DNA of 47,095 bases from Gemmatimonadota bacterium (GTDB lineage: Bacteria > Gemmatimonadota > Gemmatimonadetes > Palauibacterales > Palauibacteraceae): positions 1 through 47,095 of the forward strand of contig JBDHAC010000026.1 in the NCBI GenBank assembly GCA_039588275.1, given 5' to 3'. A program made the position numbers and the translations under genes. The notes under the pieces are model-generated. The model ran no database searches and was not told where the DNA came from. It saw nothing but the letters and a program-made list of their open reading frames with translations. Shown piece by piece: positions 19,400 through 28,767 of this stretch; position 1 is the stretch's first letter; each line of letters begins with the position of its first letter.

Positions 19400-19864
19400 T
19401 TACCGAGGCGGTGCCTTCGTCTTGATGACGATGACCCCGTTGGCGCCCCGCAGGCCATACATCGACGTGTCGATAGGATCCTTGAGCACCTCGATGGACT
19501 CGATGTCGAACGGGTTGATCCCAGTCAGGTTTCCACCCGGTCCCGGGGTGACCGGAACGCCATCGATGACATACAGCGGCTCGTTGCTGCCGTAGATCGA
19601 TGTGGCGCCGCGGATGCGAACCCTGATGCCGTCGCGGGTCTGAAACACCTCGACGCCGGAGATGCGGCCCGCAAGGATCTGTTCTAGCGACTCCCCGGGC
19701 TGTCGCTCGATATCCTCGGCGGTCACCGTGGAGGGGTCGGGCGGAGTCCGATCCGGTGCATCTGCGGGCTCATCCGTTTCGCGCGTATGGGCACACCCGG
19801 AGAAGATTCCGACGAGCACCCCCAGCGCGACGGCGGTACGGGCCGATCGTGCGGGCGAGGACAT
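19400..19864 (-). CDS. Stand-alone TonB-dependent receptor plug-domain lipoprotein
   Basis: GAGG RBS before ATG 19864 and lipobox FSGC. Motifs IRIRG-like VRIRGATS, PLYVIDGVP and INPFDIESIEVLKD...YGLRGANGVIVIKTK, then a stop with no barrel. Confidence 0.85.
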   Translation of the reverse strand: MSSPARSARTAVALGVLVGIFSGCAHTRETDEPADAPDRTPPDPSTVTAEDIERQPGESLEQILAGRISGVEVFQTRDGIRVRIRGATSIYGSNEPLYVIDGVPVTPGPGGNLTGINPFDIESIEVLKDPIDTSMYGLRGANGVIVIKTKAPPR

Positions 19865-20050
19865 GGGCACCTCTGGGGTCGAAGAACACGAGGTTCGCGC
19901 GGCTCGTAGCCAAGCGCTACACAGCCAGAATAAGATACCCTCACCCGGAGTCAATCGGTCCGCCGCCGAGGAGCGAGCCCTGGCAGATCCGCCGGAGTCG
20001 CCCAGCGGCCGCGAACGCGAGGCGGACATCGTCGAAGATGGAGAACCGAG

Positions 20051-22105
20051 ATGAATAGATGGCTGAGCTGTCGATCCCTGTCACTCAGATTCGCTGTCGC
20101 GGCCGCGATTCTCTCCACCGCGGCGCCGGCCTTCGCACAGGAAGAGTTCCGGGTCGCTTCCCCGGATGGTCGAAACGAGGTCACCGTCGCGATTCGCGGT
20201 GGCCAGGTGCAGTACAGCATCCAGCGCGACGGCCGGGCCGTGATGCAGCCGTCGCAGCTCGGGTTCGAGTTCCGCGACGGGCCGCCGCTGGGCGACGCGA
20301 TGCGCGTGGCGAGCACGGCCACGAACAGCGTGGACGAGACCTGGACGCAGCCGTGGGGTGAAGTGAGAGAGGTTCGCGACCACCATAACGAGCTGCGCAT
20401 CGACCTCGAAGAGATGCGGGAAACGGGCCGGCAGCTCGTCGTCGTGTTCCGGGTCTTCGATGACGGCGTGGGCTTCCGTTACGAGCTCCCCGAGCAGCCG
20501 GACCTGACGGACTTCGAGATCATGGACGAGCTGACCGAGTTCGCGACAGCCGACGACGCGCGAGCCTGGTGGATTCCCGCGTTCCAGCAGAACCGCTACG
20601 AGTACCTGTACCGCTCGTCGCCCGTCAGCACGCTGGACACGGTGCATACCCCCCTCACGCTGGAGTTTCGCGACGGGCTGCACGTCGTGATCCACGAAGC
20701 GCACCTCGTCGACTACGCCGGTCTGCAGCTGATCGGTGGCCACGAGCAGAACCGGACGTTGCGCGCGTACCTGGCGCCCTGGGCGGATGGAGTGAAGGTC
20801 CGGGGCCGAACGCCGTTCCAGACACCGTGGCGCACGATCCAGCTGGCCGACGACGCGACCGGGCTGACGCCTTCCGTCCTCGGCCTGAACCTGAACCCAC
20901 CCAACGCCCTGGACGACGTGAGCTGGATCGAGCCACAGAAGTACGTCGGCATCTGGTGGGGCATGCACATCGGGGCCATGACGTGGGGCTCGGGGCCGAG
21001 ACACGGCGCGACCACCGAGAACACCAAGCGGTACATCGACTTCGCAGCCGAGAACGGGTTCGACGGAGTGCTGGTGGAGGGGTGGAACGTGGGGTGGGAC
21101 GGGAACTGGATCGAGAATGCGGAGCTGTTCTCGTTCACCGAGCCGTACCCCGACTACGACCTGGAGGCCCTGGCCGCGTACGCGCGGGACCGGAACGTGA
21201 GGCTGATCGGACACAACGAGACCTCGATGGGGATCGAGAACTACGAGCGACAGTTCGAGGCCGGGTTCGACCTGTTCGAGAGGCTCGGAATCCGGGCCGT
21301 GAAGACGGGATACGTGGGAGACGAGACATCCCACGGCCATGCGCACCACGGGCAGTTCATGGTGCGCCACTGGAGGAAGGTGATCGAGTCGGCGGCCCGC
21401 CACCGCATCATGCTCGACGTGCACGAGCCCATTCACGACACCGGAGAGCGCCGCACCTTCCCCAACATGATGACGCGCGAAGGGGCCAGAGGGCAGGAGT
21501 TCAACGCCTGGGCCGGCGATGGCGGCAATCCGCCGGAGCACGAAACGATCCTCTTCTTCACGCGCATGCTCTCCGGACCGCTGGACTACACCCCGGGGGT
21601 GTTCGACATCCTTATCGAGAGCGGGATCGCGGGGCCCCGTATCCCGGAGCTTCCGCGGGTGCGCACCACGATCGCGAAGCAGCTCGCCCTCTACTTGGTA
21701 CTTTACTCGCCGCTCCACATGGCAGCCGACCTGCCCGAGAACTACGAGGGCCAGCCCGCGTTCCAGTTCATCCGAGACGTCGCGGTGGACTGGGAGGACA
21801 CGCAGGTCCTTGCCGGAAAGATCGGCGACTACGTCGTGGTCGCGCGACAGGAGCGGGATGGCGAGGACTGGTTCGTGGGCGCCATCACCGACGAGGAAGC
21901 GCGGGCGCTGGAGGTGTCGCTCTCGTTCCTGCCACCGGGCCGGGACTACGTGGCGGAAATCTACGCGGATGGGCCCGGCGCCCACTGGCTGAACGACCCC
22001 CTACCGGTCGAGATTTCGAGCCGATCCGTCGACGCCGGGTCGAGCTTGACGCTGGAGCTGGCTCCGGGTGGCGGGCAGGCGATCCGGATCCGGCCACTGG
22101 ATTAA
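20051..22105 (+). CDS. Glycoside hydrolase family 97 (SusB-like alpha-glucosidase), secreted
   Basis: Signal peptide (AFA|QE). Motifs KYVGIWWGMH, YIDFAAENG..GVLVEGWNVGW, HNETS, VKTGYV, HEP, REGARGQEF, PLDYTPG and MAADLPENY. Confidence 0.93.
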   Translation: MNRWLSCRSLSLRFAVAAAILSTAAPAFAQEEFRVASPDGRNEVTVAIRGGQVQYSIQRDGRAVMQPSQLGFEFRDGPPLGDAMRVASTATNSVDETWTQPWGEVREVRDHHNELRIDLEEMRETGRQLVVVFRVFDDGVGFRYELPEQPDLTDFEIMDELTEFATADDARAWWIPAFQQNRYEYLYRSSPVSTLDTVHTPLTLEFRDGLHVVIHEAHLVDYAGLQLIGGHEQNRTLRAYLAPWADGVKVRGRTPFQTPWRTIQLADDATGLTPSVLGLNLNPPNALDDVSWIEPQKYVGIWWGMHIGAMTWGSGPRHGATTENTKRYIDFAAENGFDGVLVEGWNVGWDGNWIENAELFSFTEPYPDYDLEALAAYARDRNVRLIGHNETSMGIENYERQFEAGFDLFERLGIRAVKTGYVGDETSHGHAHHGQFMVRHWRKVIESAARHRIMLDVHEPIHDTGERRTFPNMMTREGARGQEFNAWAGDGGNPPEHETILFFTRMLSGPLDYTPGVFDILIESGIAGPRIPELPRVRTTIAKQLALYLVLYSPLHMAADLPENYEGQPAFQFIRDVAVDWEDTQVLAGKIGDYVVVARQERDGEDWFVGAITDEEARALEVSLSFLPPGRDYVAEIYADGPGAHWLNDPLPVEISSRSVDAGSSLTLELAPGGGQAIRIRPLD

Positions 22106-22113
22106 GTGGCCGC

Positions 22114-25100
22114 ATGGATCCACGGCTGAACCGCATGCGCGACACCAGGAACGCCTACGCCCTACTCATCACGGCAGGAGCAGCGGTCGTGTCGGGGTGC
22201 CGCGGTGACGACGGCCCCGCGCTCTTCGAGCTTCTCTCCCCCGAGGCGACCGGGGTCACCTTCGTCAACGAGGTCCCGGAGCACCCCGAGTTCAACATCA
22301 TCAACTACCTCAACTACTACAACGGGGGCGGCGTGGCCGTCGGTGATGTCGACGACGATGGTCTGCCCGATCTCTACTTCACCTCCAACCAGGGTCAAAA
22401 CCGGCTCTATCTGAACAGGGGTGACTTCCTGTTCGAGGACGTAACCGAACGGGCGGGCGTGGCCGGATCCGCCGGTTGGACGACGGGCGCGACGATGGCG
22501 GATGTGAACGGGGACGGGCACGTCGACATCTACGTGTCAGCCGTCAATCACCTCTCCAGAAAGGGTCCCAACGTCCTCTACATCAACAACGGCGACGGCA
22601 CCTTCACCGATATGACCGAGGCTTACGGGTTGGGCCATGTCGGTTACTCGACCCAGGCGGCCTTCTTCGACTACGACCTCGATGGCGACCTGGATGCGTA
22701 CCTGCTGAATTCCTCGACGCACGAAGAGCGGGGTAACGTCTTCGCCCCGCAACGGGACGCTTACCATCCCAGGGCGGGTGACCGCCTCTTTCGGAATGAT
22801 GACGGGCGCTTCGTCGATGTGACGGCCGAAGCCGGCATCTACGGGACCGTCGAGGGATACGGCCTCGGCGTCGCAGCGACCGACCTGGACTTCGACGGTT
22901 GCCCGGACATCTACGTCAACAACGACTTCCAGGAGAACGACTTTCTTTACTACAACAACTGCGACGGCACCTTCACGGAGTCGATTGCCACGTCCATCCG
23001 GCACACCAGCCTGTCCTCGATGGGCGTGGATGCCGCCGACTTCAACAACGACGGTCGCCCGGATGTGATGGTCCTCGACATGTTTCCGGAGCGCGAGGAC
23101 GTGCTGAAGACCTCGGCCAGCGCCGAGAACTTCGTGATCGAGGAGCGGAAGCTTGCGGCCGGCTATCACCCGCAGTACGCACGAAACACCCTCCAGCTCA
23201 ATCTCGGCCAGCGCCGCTTCAGCGAGATCGGATATCTGGCCGGCGTCCATGCGACCGATTGGAGTTGGGCCCCTCTGTTCGCGGACCTCGACAACGATGG
23301 GGACAAGGACCTTTTCGTCACGAACGGCATCTACCACAGGCCGAACGACCTCGACTTCTACGCCTACGTTCGGCTCCCCGCCGTCCAGGCCTCGCTGGCC
23401 GAGGGGATCCGCGAGGACAACCTGGCGCTGCTGCTCGCGACGATGCCCCAGATTCCCATCCCCAACCACGCCTTCCGCAACAACGGGGATCTGACCTTCA
23501 CGAACTCGGCCGAGCGCTGGGGGCTGGCGCAGCCGGGCTTCTCCAACGGTGCGGCCTACGTCGACCTGAACGACGACGGTGCGCTCGATCTGGTCGTGAA
23601 CAACGTCAACACACCGGCCTGGATCTATCGTAACCGGGCTCGCGAACACGACGAACGTCACTTCCTCACGGTCGAGCTGCGGGGCGCGGGAGCCAACACC
23701 GCCGGGATCGGCACGAAGGTGATCATCGAGCACGGGGGGGAGCAGCAGCTGCTGGAGCAGATGCCGACCCGCGGCTTCCAGTCCTCCGTCGACCATCGCC
23801 TGCACTTCGGGCTGGGTCCCGCCGAAGTAGTCGAATCCCTGATCGTTATATGGCCGGATCGGCGCTACCAGACCCTGACCGATGTGCCGGCCGACCAGAG
23901 GATCACGTTGTCGCAGGACGACGCCGACGGGCGGTACGCGTATCCGGAGGAGGTCGCTGAGGGTGCGGTAGGCGGAGCGGCGCCCGCGACTGCCGACGCT
24001 GGCCTCTTCATCGACGTGACCGCTGAGACCGGGATCGAGTTCAGGCACGAGGAGAACACCTTCTACGATTGGAACCGCGAGGATCTCGTACCGCACCTGC
24101 TCTCGACCGAAGGACCTGCGCTCGCCGTAGGCGATGTGAACGGCGACGGCCTGGACGACCTCTTCGTGGGCGGCGCGGAGCACCAGCCGAGCCGGATGCT
24201 CCTGCAGCGGTCGGACGGCGGATTCCGGGCGATCGCCGAAGATGTCTTCCAGGCGGACAGCCTCCACGAAGACGTCGACGCCGTCTTCTTCGATGCGGAC
24301 GGCGACGGACATCAGGATCTGTACGTCGTGAGCGGTGGTAACGAGTACTGGGGTGAGCACGAAGCGCTCCGGGACCGGCTCTACCTGGGAGACGGCGCGG
24401 GTGGCTTCGACCGCTCCCTGGACCGTCTGCCCGATTTCTTCGAGAACGGCTGCTGCGTCGTCCCGGGCGATTTCAACGGGGACGGCTATGTCGACCTCTT
24501 CGTGGGCAGCAGGGTCGTGGCCCGCGAGTACGGCCGTACACCGCGGAGTTATCTGCTCGAGAACGACGGCACAGGCCGCTTCCGGGATGTCGCGCTCGAG
24601 AAGGCCGAGGGTCTCGCGGACGCCGGGATGGTCACATCGGCCACATGGCTCGATATAGAGAACGACGGCCAGCTCGACCTGGTGGTGGTGGGAGAGTGGA
24701 TGCCGGTCCGGGTCTTTCGGCAGGAGGAAGGTCGCTTCAGGGAGCTAACCGCCGCGGCCGGCCTCTCGCGGACGACCGGATGGTGGAACCACGTCACGGC
24801 GGCCGACCTGACGGGTGACGGGCGCCCGGACCTCGTGCTGGGTAACCTGGGCCTCAACTCGTACATACGAGCCTCGCCGGAGGAGCCGGTCCGACTCCAC
24901 CTGCGCGACTTCGACCTGAACGGTACGCGGGAACAGTTCCTGACCTTCTACAAGAACGGGGTCAGTTATCCCCTCGCCGGTCGGGACGAGGTCCTCACGG
25001 TGCTGCCGCACTTGCGTGAGCGGTACGTCTCATATGCCGACTTCGGTGCCAGCACGCTCGAGGACGTTTTCCCCGAGTCGGAGCTGCGTCAGGCGGAGGT

Positions 25101-25488
25101 CCTTGAGGCCACCCTCTTCGCCAACTCTCTGGCGCTCAGCACCGCAGACGGCACGTTCAGGATCCAGCAGCTACCGGTCGAGGCTCAGTTCGCACCCATT
25201 CGCGCGGTACTCGCGGACGACTTCGACGGCGACGGAAACCCGGATCTCTTGACCGCCGGCAACTTTCACGGGGTGAAGCCGATACGCGGGCGATACGACG
25301 CCAGCTACGGGCTGTTGCTACGCGGAGACGGCAAGGGTCAGTTTCGACCGGTCGATATCGAGGCGAGCGGTGTGGTGATCGAGGGGCAAGCGCGCGACAT
25401 GGAGTTCCTGCGCCGCGCGGACGGCCGACGCGTGATCGTCGTCGCGCGCAACGATGACAGTCTCCAGTTCCTGCTCCACAGACCCTGA
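22114..25488 (+). CDS. Second FG-GAP/VCBS + ASPIC/UnbV lipoprotein (paralog of 16006-19383)
   Basis: Real start at ATG 22114 or 22135 (lipobox VSGC), not 20569. YYNGGGVAVGD, TDWSWAPLFADLDNDG and RGFQSSVDHRLHFGLG are collinear with the first copy. Confidence 0.9.
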   Translation: MDPRLNRMRDTRNAYALLITAGAAVVSGCRGDDGPALFELLSPEATGVTFVNEVPEHPEFNIINYLNYYNGGGVAVGDVDDDGLPDLYFTSNQGQNRLYLNRGDFLFEDVTERAGVAGSAGWTTGATMADVNGDGHVDIYVSAVNHLSRKGPNVLYINNGDGTFTDMTEAYGLGHVGYSTQAAFFDYDLDGDLDAYLLNSSTHEERGNVFAPQRDAYHPRAGDRLFRNDDGRFVDVTAEAGIYGTVEGYGLGVAATDLDFDGCPDIYVNNDFQENDFLYYNNCDGTFTESIATSIRHTSLSSMGVDAADFNNDGRPDVMVLDMFPEREDVLKTSASAENFVIEERKLAAGYHPQYARNTLQLNLGQRRFSEIGYLAGVHATDWSWAPLFADLDNDGDKDLFVTNGIYHRPNDLDFYAYVRLPAVQASLAEGIREDNLALLLATMPQIPIPNHAFRNNGDLTFTNSAERWGLAQPGFSNGAAYVDLNDDGALDLVVNNVNTPAWIYRNRAREHDERHFLTVELRGAGANTAGIGTKVIIEHGGEQQLLEQMPTRGFQSSVDHRLHFGLGPAEVVESLIVIWPDRRYQTLTDVPADQRITLSQDDADGRYAYPEEVAEGAVGGAAPATADAGLFIDVTAETGIEFRHEENTFYDWNREDLVPHLLSTEGPALAVGDVNGDGLDDLFVGGAEHQPSRMLLQRSDGGFRAIAEDVFQADSLHEDVDAVFFDADGDGHQDLYVVSGGNEYWGEHEALRDRLYLGDGAGGFDRSLDRLPDFFENGCCVVPGDFNGDGYVDLFVGSRVVAREYGRTPRSYLLENDGTGRFRDVALEKAEGLADAGMVTSATWLDIENDGQLDLVVVGEWMPVRVFRQEEGRFRELTAAAGLSRTTGWWNHVTAADLTGDGRPDLVLGNLGLNSYIRASPEEPVRLHLRDFDLNGTREQFLTFYKNGVSYPLAGRDEVLTVLPHLRERYVSYADFGASTLEDVFPESELRQAEVLEATLFANSLALSTADGTFRIQQLPVEAQFAPIRAVLADDFDGDGNPDLLTAGNFHGVKPIRGRYDASYGLLLRGDGKGQFRPVDIEASGVVIEGQARDMEFLRRADGRRVIVVARNDDSLQFLLHRP

Positions 25489-25546
25489 GGGGATGCGACC
25501 GACCCGGCAGGGACACGAGCGACACTGAACGGAAAGAGGCGCTAAC

Positions 25547-27160
25547 GTGGGCCTACTCGCGACGTTGGATTGGGCAGTCATCGCCGTGTACTTCGTGCTC
25601 GTGTTCGGCGTCGCGATCTGGGCGACGCTGCGGGAGCGCACGGGGCGCGAGACCTCGCAGGACTACTTCCTGGCGGGGCGAAACGCCGGCTGGTTTCTCG
25701 TGGGTGGCTCGTTGTTCGCGTCGAACATCGGCTCCGAGCACCTGGTCGGCCTGGCGGGGACGGGAGCCGCGAGTGGCGTCGCGGTCGCCCAGTTCGAGAT
25801 CCTCGCCTCGCTGATCCTCCTCCTCCTCGGCTGGCTGTTCGTGCCGTTCTACCTGGCGAGTGGCGTGTTCACCATGCCCGAGTTCCTCGAGCGCAGGTAC
25901 TCGGAAGGAGCCCGCTGGTATCTGGCCGTGATCTCCATCATCGGCTACGTGCTGACGAAGATCTCGGTCACGATTGCCGCCGGGGGGATCGTCTTCGAAG
26001 CGCTCATGGGCATCGACTTCTGGACGGGCGCCCTGGTGGTCGTGATCGTGACCGGTGTCTACACCATCTTCGGCGGGCTGCGCGCAGTCTTGTATACGGA
26101 CCTGCTCCAGATGTTCGTCCTCATCGGAGGCGCGGTGGCCGTCTTGTTCCTCGGTCTCAACGCGCTCGGTGGCTGGGGCGCGATGACGGAGACGGTGGGC
26201 CCGGGCTTCCTCACCCTATGGAAGCCGATGACCGACCCGGACTTCCCGTGGACCGGGATTCTCTTCGGCGCCCCGATCCTCGGCGTCTGGTACTGGTGCA
26301 CGGATCAGTTCATCGTGCAGCGCACGCTCGCAGCGCACGATCAAGATCACGCCCGACGCGGCACGGTGTTCGCCGGATACCTCAAGATCCTGCCGCTGTT
26401 CATCTTCGTGATTCCTGGCGTCATCGCGTTCGCGCTGTCGCAGCAGGGGCGGCTGGAGCTGGCCACGCCGGACCAGGCACTGCCCACGCTCATCGGCGTG
26501 CTGCTCCCGATCGGACTGCGCGGGCTGGTGGTGGCGGGGCTCCTGGCGGCTCTCATGAGCTCGCTATCGTCGGTGTTCAACTCCACCTCCACGCTGATCA
26601 CGCTGGACGTCTACAAGAAGATGCATCCCGACGCTTCCGAGCGGCGGCTCGTGTTGATCGGCCGGTTCGCCACCGCGGCGCTCGTCGGTTTCGGTCTGTT
26701 GTGGATCCCGTTCATGAAGCTGATCTCGGGCCAGCTGTATCAGTACCTCCAGAGCGTACAGGCGTACATCTCTCCGCCGATCGCGGCCGTGTTCCTGCTA
26801 GGCGTGCTTTGGCGGCGGGTCAACGCGAAGGGCGCCATGGCGGCGCTGATCACGGGTTTCGTGCTCGGCATGGGACGGCTCGCCGCTGAGCTTGCCAAGG
26901 GGAGTCTGGACGGGCTGTTGTTCGCGTACGCCGACATCAACTTCCTGCACTTCGCGGTCGTCCTGTTCGTGATCTGCACGGCCGTTCTGATCGTGGTGAG
27001 CCTGCTGACGGCGCCTCCCCCGGAGGAGAAGGTGGCCGGCCTGACGCTCGGCGTGCGCGAAAAGGCCGAAGCCGTCGTGAGCCGCTGGAAGCGGACGGAT
27101 CGGATGCTGACCATCGGGCTGATCATCTGCGTGGGGTTGGTGTGGATCTATTTTTCGTGA
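25547..27160 (+). CDS. Sodium:solute symporter (SSS, SGLT-like sugar symporter)
   Basis: DYFLAGR, SLFASNIGSEHLVGLAG, TMPEFLERRY, GGLRAVLYTD, WYWCTDQFIVQRTLAA and LAALMSSLSSVFNS. Confidence 0.93.
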   Translation: MGLLATLDWAVIAVYFVLVFGVAIWATLRERTGRETSQDYFLAGRNAGWFLVGGSLFASNIGSEHLVGLAGTGAASGVAVAQFEILASLILLLLGWLFVPFYLASGVFTMPEFLERRYSEGARWYLAVISIIGYVLTKISVTIAAGGIVFEALMGIDFWTGALVVVIVTGVYTIFGGLRAVLYTDLLQMFVLIGGAVAVLFLGLNALGGWGAMTETVGPGFLTLWKPMTDPDFPWTGILFGAPILGVWYWCTDQFIVQRTLAAHDQDHARRGTVFAGYLKILPLFIFVIPGVIAFALSQQGRLELATPDQALPTLIGVLLPIGLRGLVVAGLLAALMSSLSSVFNSTSTLITLDVYKKMHPDASERRLVLIGRFATAALVGFGLLWIPFMKLISGQLYQYLQSVQAYISPPIAAVFLLGVLWRRVNAKGAMAALITGFVLGMGRLAAELAKGSLDGLLFAYADINFLHFAVVLFVICTAVLIVVSLLTAPPPEEKVAGLTLGVREKAEAVVSRWKRTDRMLTIGLIICVGLVWIYFS

Positions 27161-27174
27161 GTGACGGCCGTCTG

Positions 27175-27226
27175 ACGTTTCAGCTGAAACGCGCGCGGTC
27201 TCAGGAAACGTTTCAGCTGAAACGCG
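27175..27226. promoter_or_regulatory. Two copies of the perfect 16-bp palindrome CGTTTCAGCTGAAACG (parS-like or TF operator)
   Basis: Copies at 27176-27191 and 27209-27224, 33 bp apart, inside a 19-bp direct repeat ACGTTTCAGCTGAAACGCG. Confidence 0.6.
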
Positions 27227-27518
27227 TGGCGATCTCGTCGCCCCGGCCGTCGACGACATCTGGGTCGAATGGCGCCTGGCCACCCAATCCGGTGCAGGTT
27301 ACGTCGACGAGTTCCATTACTGAGAGCACGGCATCCCCCAACACGTCGCCCTCTCTCGGGCCGGGAGAGAGCTTTCCCTCGAACAACGCATCTCTGAAGG
27401 AAAGATACGGGACGCTATCAACAGGCTCTGAACGCGCGGAAGGCGCCGTTTCCCCTCTCCCCGCGGAGGCACCTCAGTTGGCCCGAGGTCCGAACGCTTC
27501 AGCTATGAAGGCGATCGT

Positions 27519-28766
27519 ATGAAATCGACCTGGAAAGTCCGCGTCGCGCTCGCGCTCAACTTCTTCGTGTTCGCGATCCTGCTGAACACGGTAGGGATCG
27601 TGATCGCGCGGGTGATCGAGGACTACGGCGTGGCAGGGGCGACGGCCGCCACCCTGGAGGCCTTCAAGGACCTTTCGATCGCCGCCGCGTCGTTCCTCCT
27701 CGCCTCGTACGTGCCCCGCTTCGGGTACCGGCGGACCATGCTCGCCGGCCTGATCGCGGTGACACTGGCGAGCATCCTCGTGGCGGCCGTGACCGGGTTC
27801 TGGGTCACGCCCGTGCTGTACGCCACCATCGGCGTGAGCTTCGCCCTCATGAAGACGGCCGTGTACTCGACCATCGGCTTGATCACGGAGACGCAAGCCG
27901 AGCACACCGGTCTCATGAACAACCTCGAGGGCGTCTTCCAGGTCGGCGCCATGTCGGGGCCGCTCATGTTCGCCCTCATGATCGATTTCAGCCGCTGGAC
28001 CGACACGTACTGGCTTCTCGCGGCGCTGATCCTGATCGCGCTCGTGCTCATGTGGCTCACTCCGCTGGATGAGCACGAGATTGAGGAACACGCGGAGGAG
28101 GCGGGCTTCATCGAGATGATGAAGCTCCTGAAGCAGCCCATCGTGTGGACGTTCGTGGTGTGCGCGTGGCTGTACGTGATGATCGAGCAGAGCTTCGGGA
28201 CGTGGATGCCGCGCTTCCACGAGCAGATCTTCGGGCTCTCGGCGGCGGTCGCCTCGGGCTTCATGAGCCTCTACTTCGGCTCGATCGCCCTCAGCCGCTT
28301 CCTGGCAGGCTACCTATCGAAGCGCGTGCCTTGGATCGTGCTGCAGCTCACCTACCTCGTGCTCGCTTTCGTGGTCACGGCCACCGTGGTGCTGCTGACG
28401 TCCGAGAACGAGCCGCAGACGGTCACCTCGTGGCTCGACGCTCCCCGACTAGCGTTCCTGTTCGCCATCGTCGGGTTCTTCCTCGGGCCGATCTATCCGA
28501 CGATCTCGTCGATCGTGCTCACGAAGATGCCGAAGACGCAGCAGGCGGCGATGACCGGGCTGATCATCATCTTCTCGGCGCTCGGGGGAACGACGGGCTC
28601 GCTCGTCACCGGCCGGCTGACCGACATCCTGAACACGCACGACGCCTTCTACTTCCCGCTCATCCCGATCGCGCTCCTGGCGCTGATGCTGCTCCCGTAC
28701 AAGCGCCTCGCCGACCGTCACAACGACGGGGGAAGAGGGACCGGGGAAGGAAGCGACGGAGGGTAA
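27519..28766 (+). CDS. MFS sugar transporter
   Basis: About 12 hydrophobic segments, LEAFKDL, PRFGYRR and GPIYPTI. It ends 1 bp before the trehalase start. Confidence 0.85.
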   Translation: MKSTWKVRVALALNFFVFAILLNTVGIVIARVIEDYGVAGATAATLEAFKDLSIAAASFLLASYVPRFGYRRTMLAGLIAVTLASILVAAVTGFWVTPVLYATIGVSFALMKTAVYSTIGLITETQAEHTGLMNNLEGVFQVGAMSGPLMFALMIDFSRWTDTYWLLAALILIALVLMWLTPLDEHEIEEHAEEAGFIEMMKLLKQPIVWTFVVCAWLYVMIEQSFGTWMPRFHEQIFGLSAAVASGFMSLYFGSIALSRFLAGYLSKRVPWIVLQLTYLVLAFVVTATVVLLTSENEPQTVTSWLDAPRLAFLFAIVGFFLGPIYPTISSIVLTKMPKTQQAAMTGLIIIFSALGGTTGSLVTGRLTDILNTHDAFYFPLIPIALLALMLLPYKRLADRHNDGGRGTGEGSDGG

Positions 28767-28767
28767 G

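Noticed and set aside
20569..22113. 1639-aa ORF suggesting a GH97-overlapping extension or frameshift fusion to the FG-GAP protein
   Set aside because: The first ~515 aa are Arg/Gly/Pro-rich off-frame translation of GH97. A proper lipoprotein signal begins at 22114/22135, and I saw no slippery site.
11188..24360. Long antisense ORFs (11188-12765, 14796-15878, 16108-17967, 20081-21985, 22537-24360)
   Set aside because: These are mirror frames of strongly GC3-biased genes with no recognisable motifs, a common high-GC artefact.
16006..25488. ASPIC/UnbV proteins as evidence of an enediyne biosynthetic cluster
   Set aside because: There are no PKS or other enediyne genes, and the context is carbohydrate uptake.
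27213..27473. Stop-free minus-strand frame (..FRDALFEGKLSPGPREGDVLGDAVLSVMELVDV..) in the SSS-MFS gap
   Set aside because: It is under 60 aa from any start codon, has no clear RBS and no recognisable family. It could be a gene remnant, but I cannot support that without a search.
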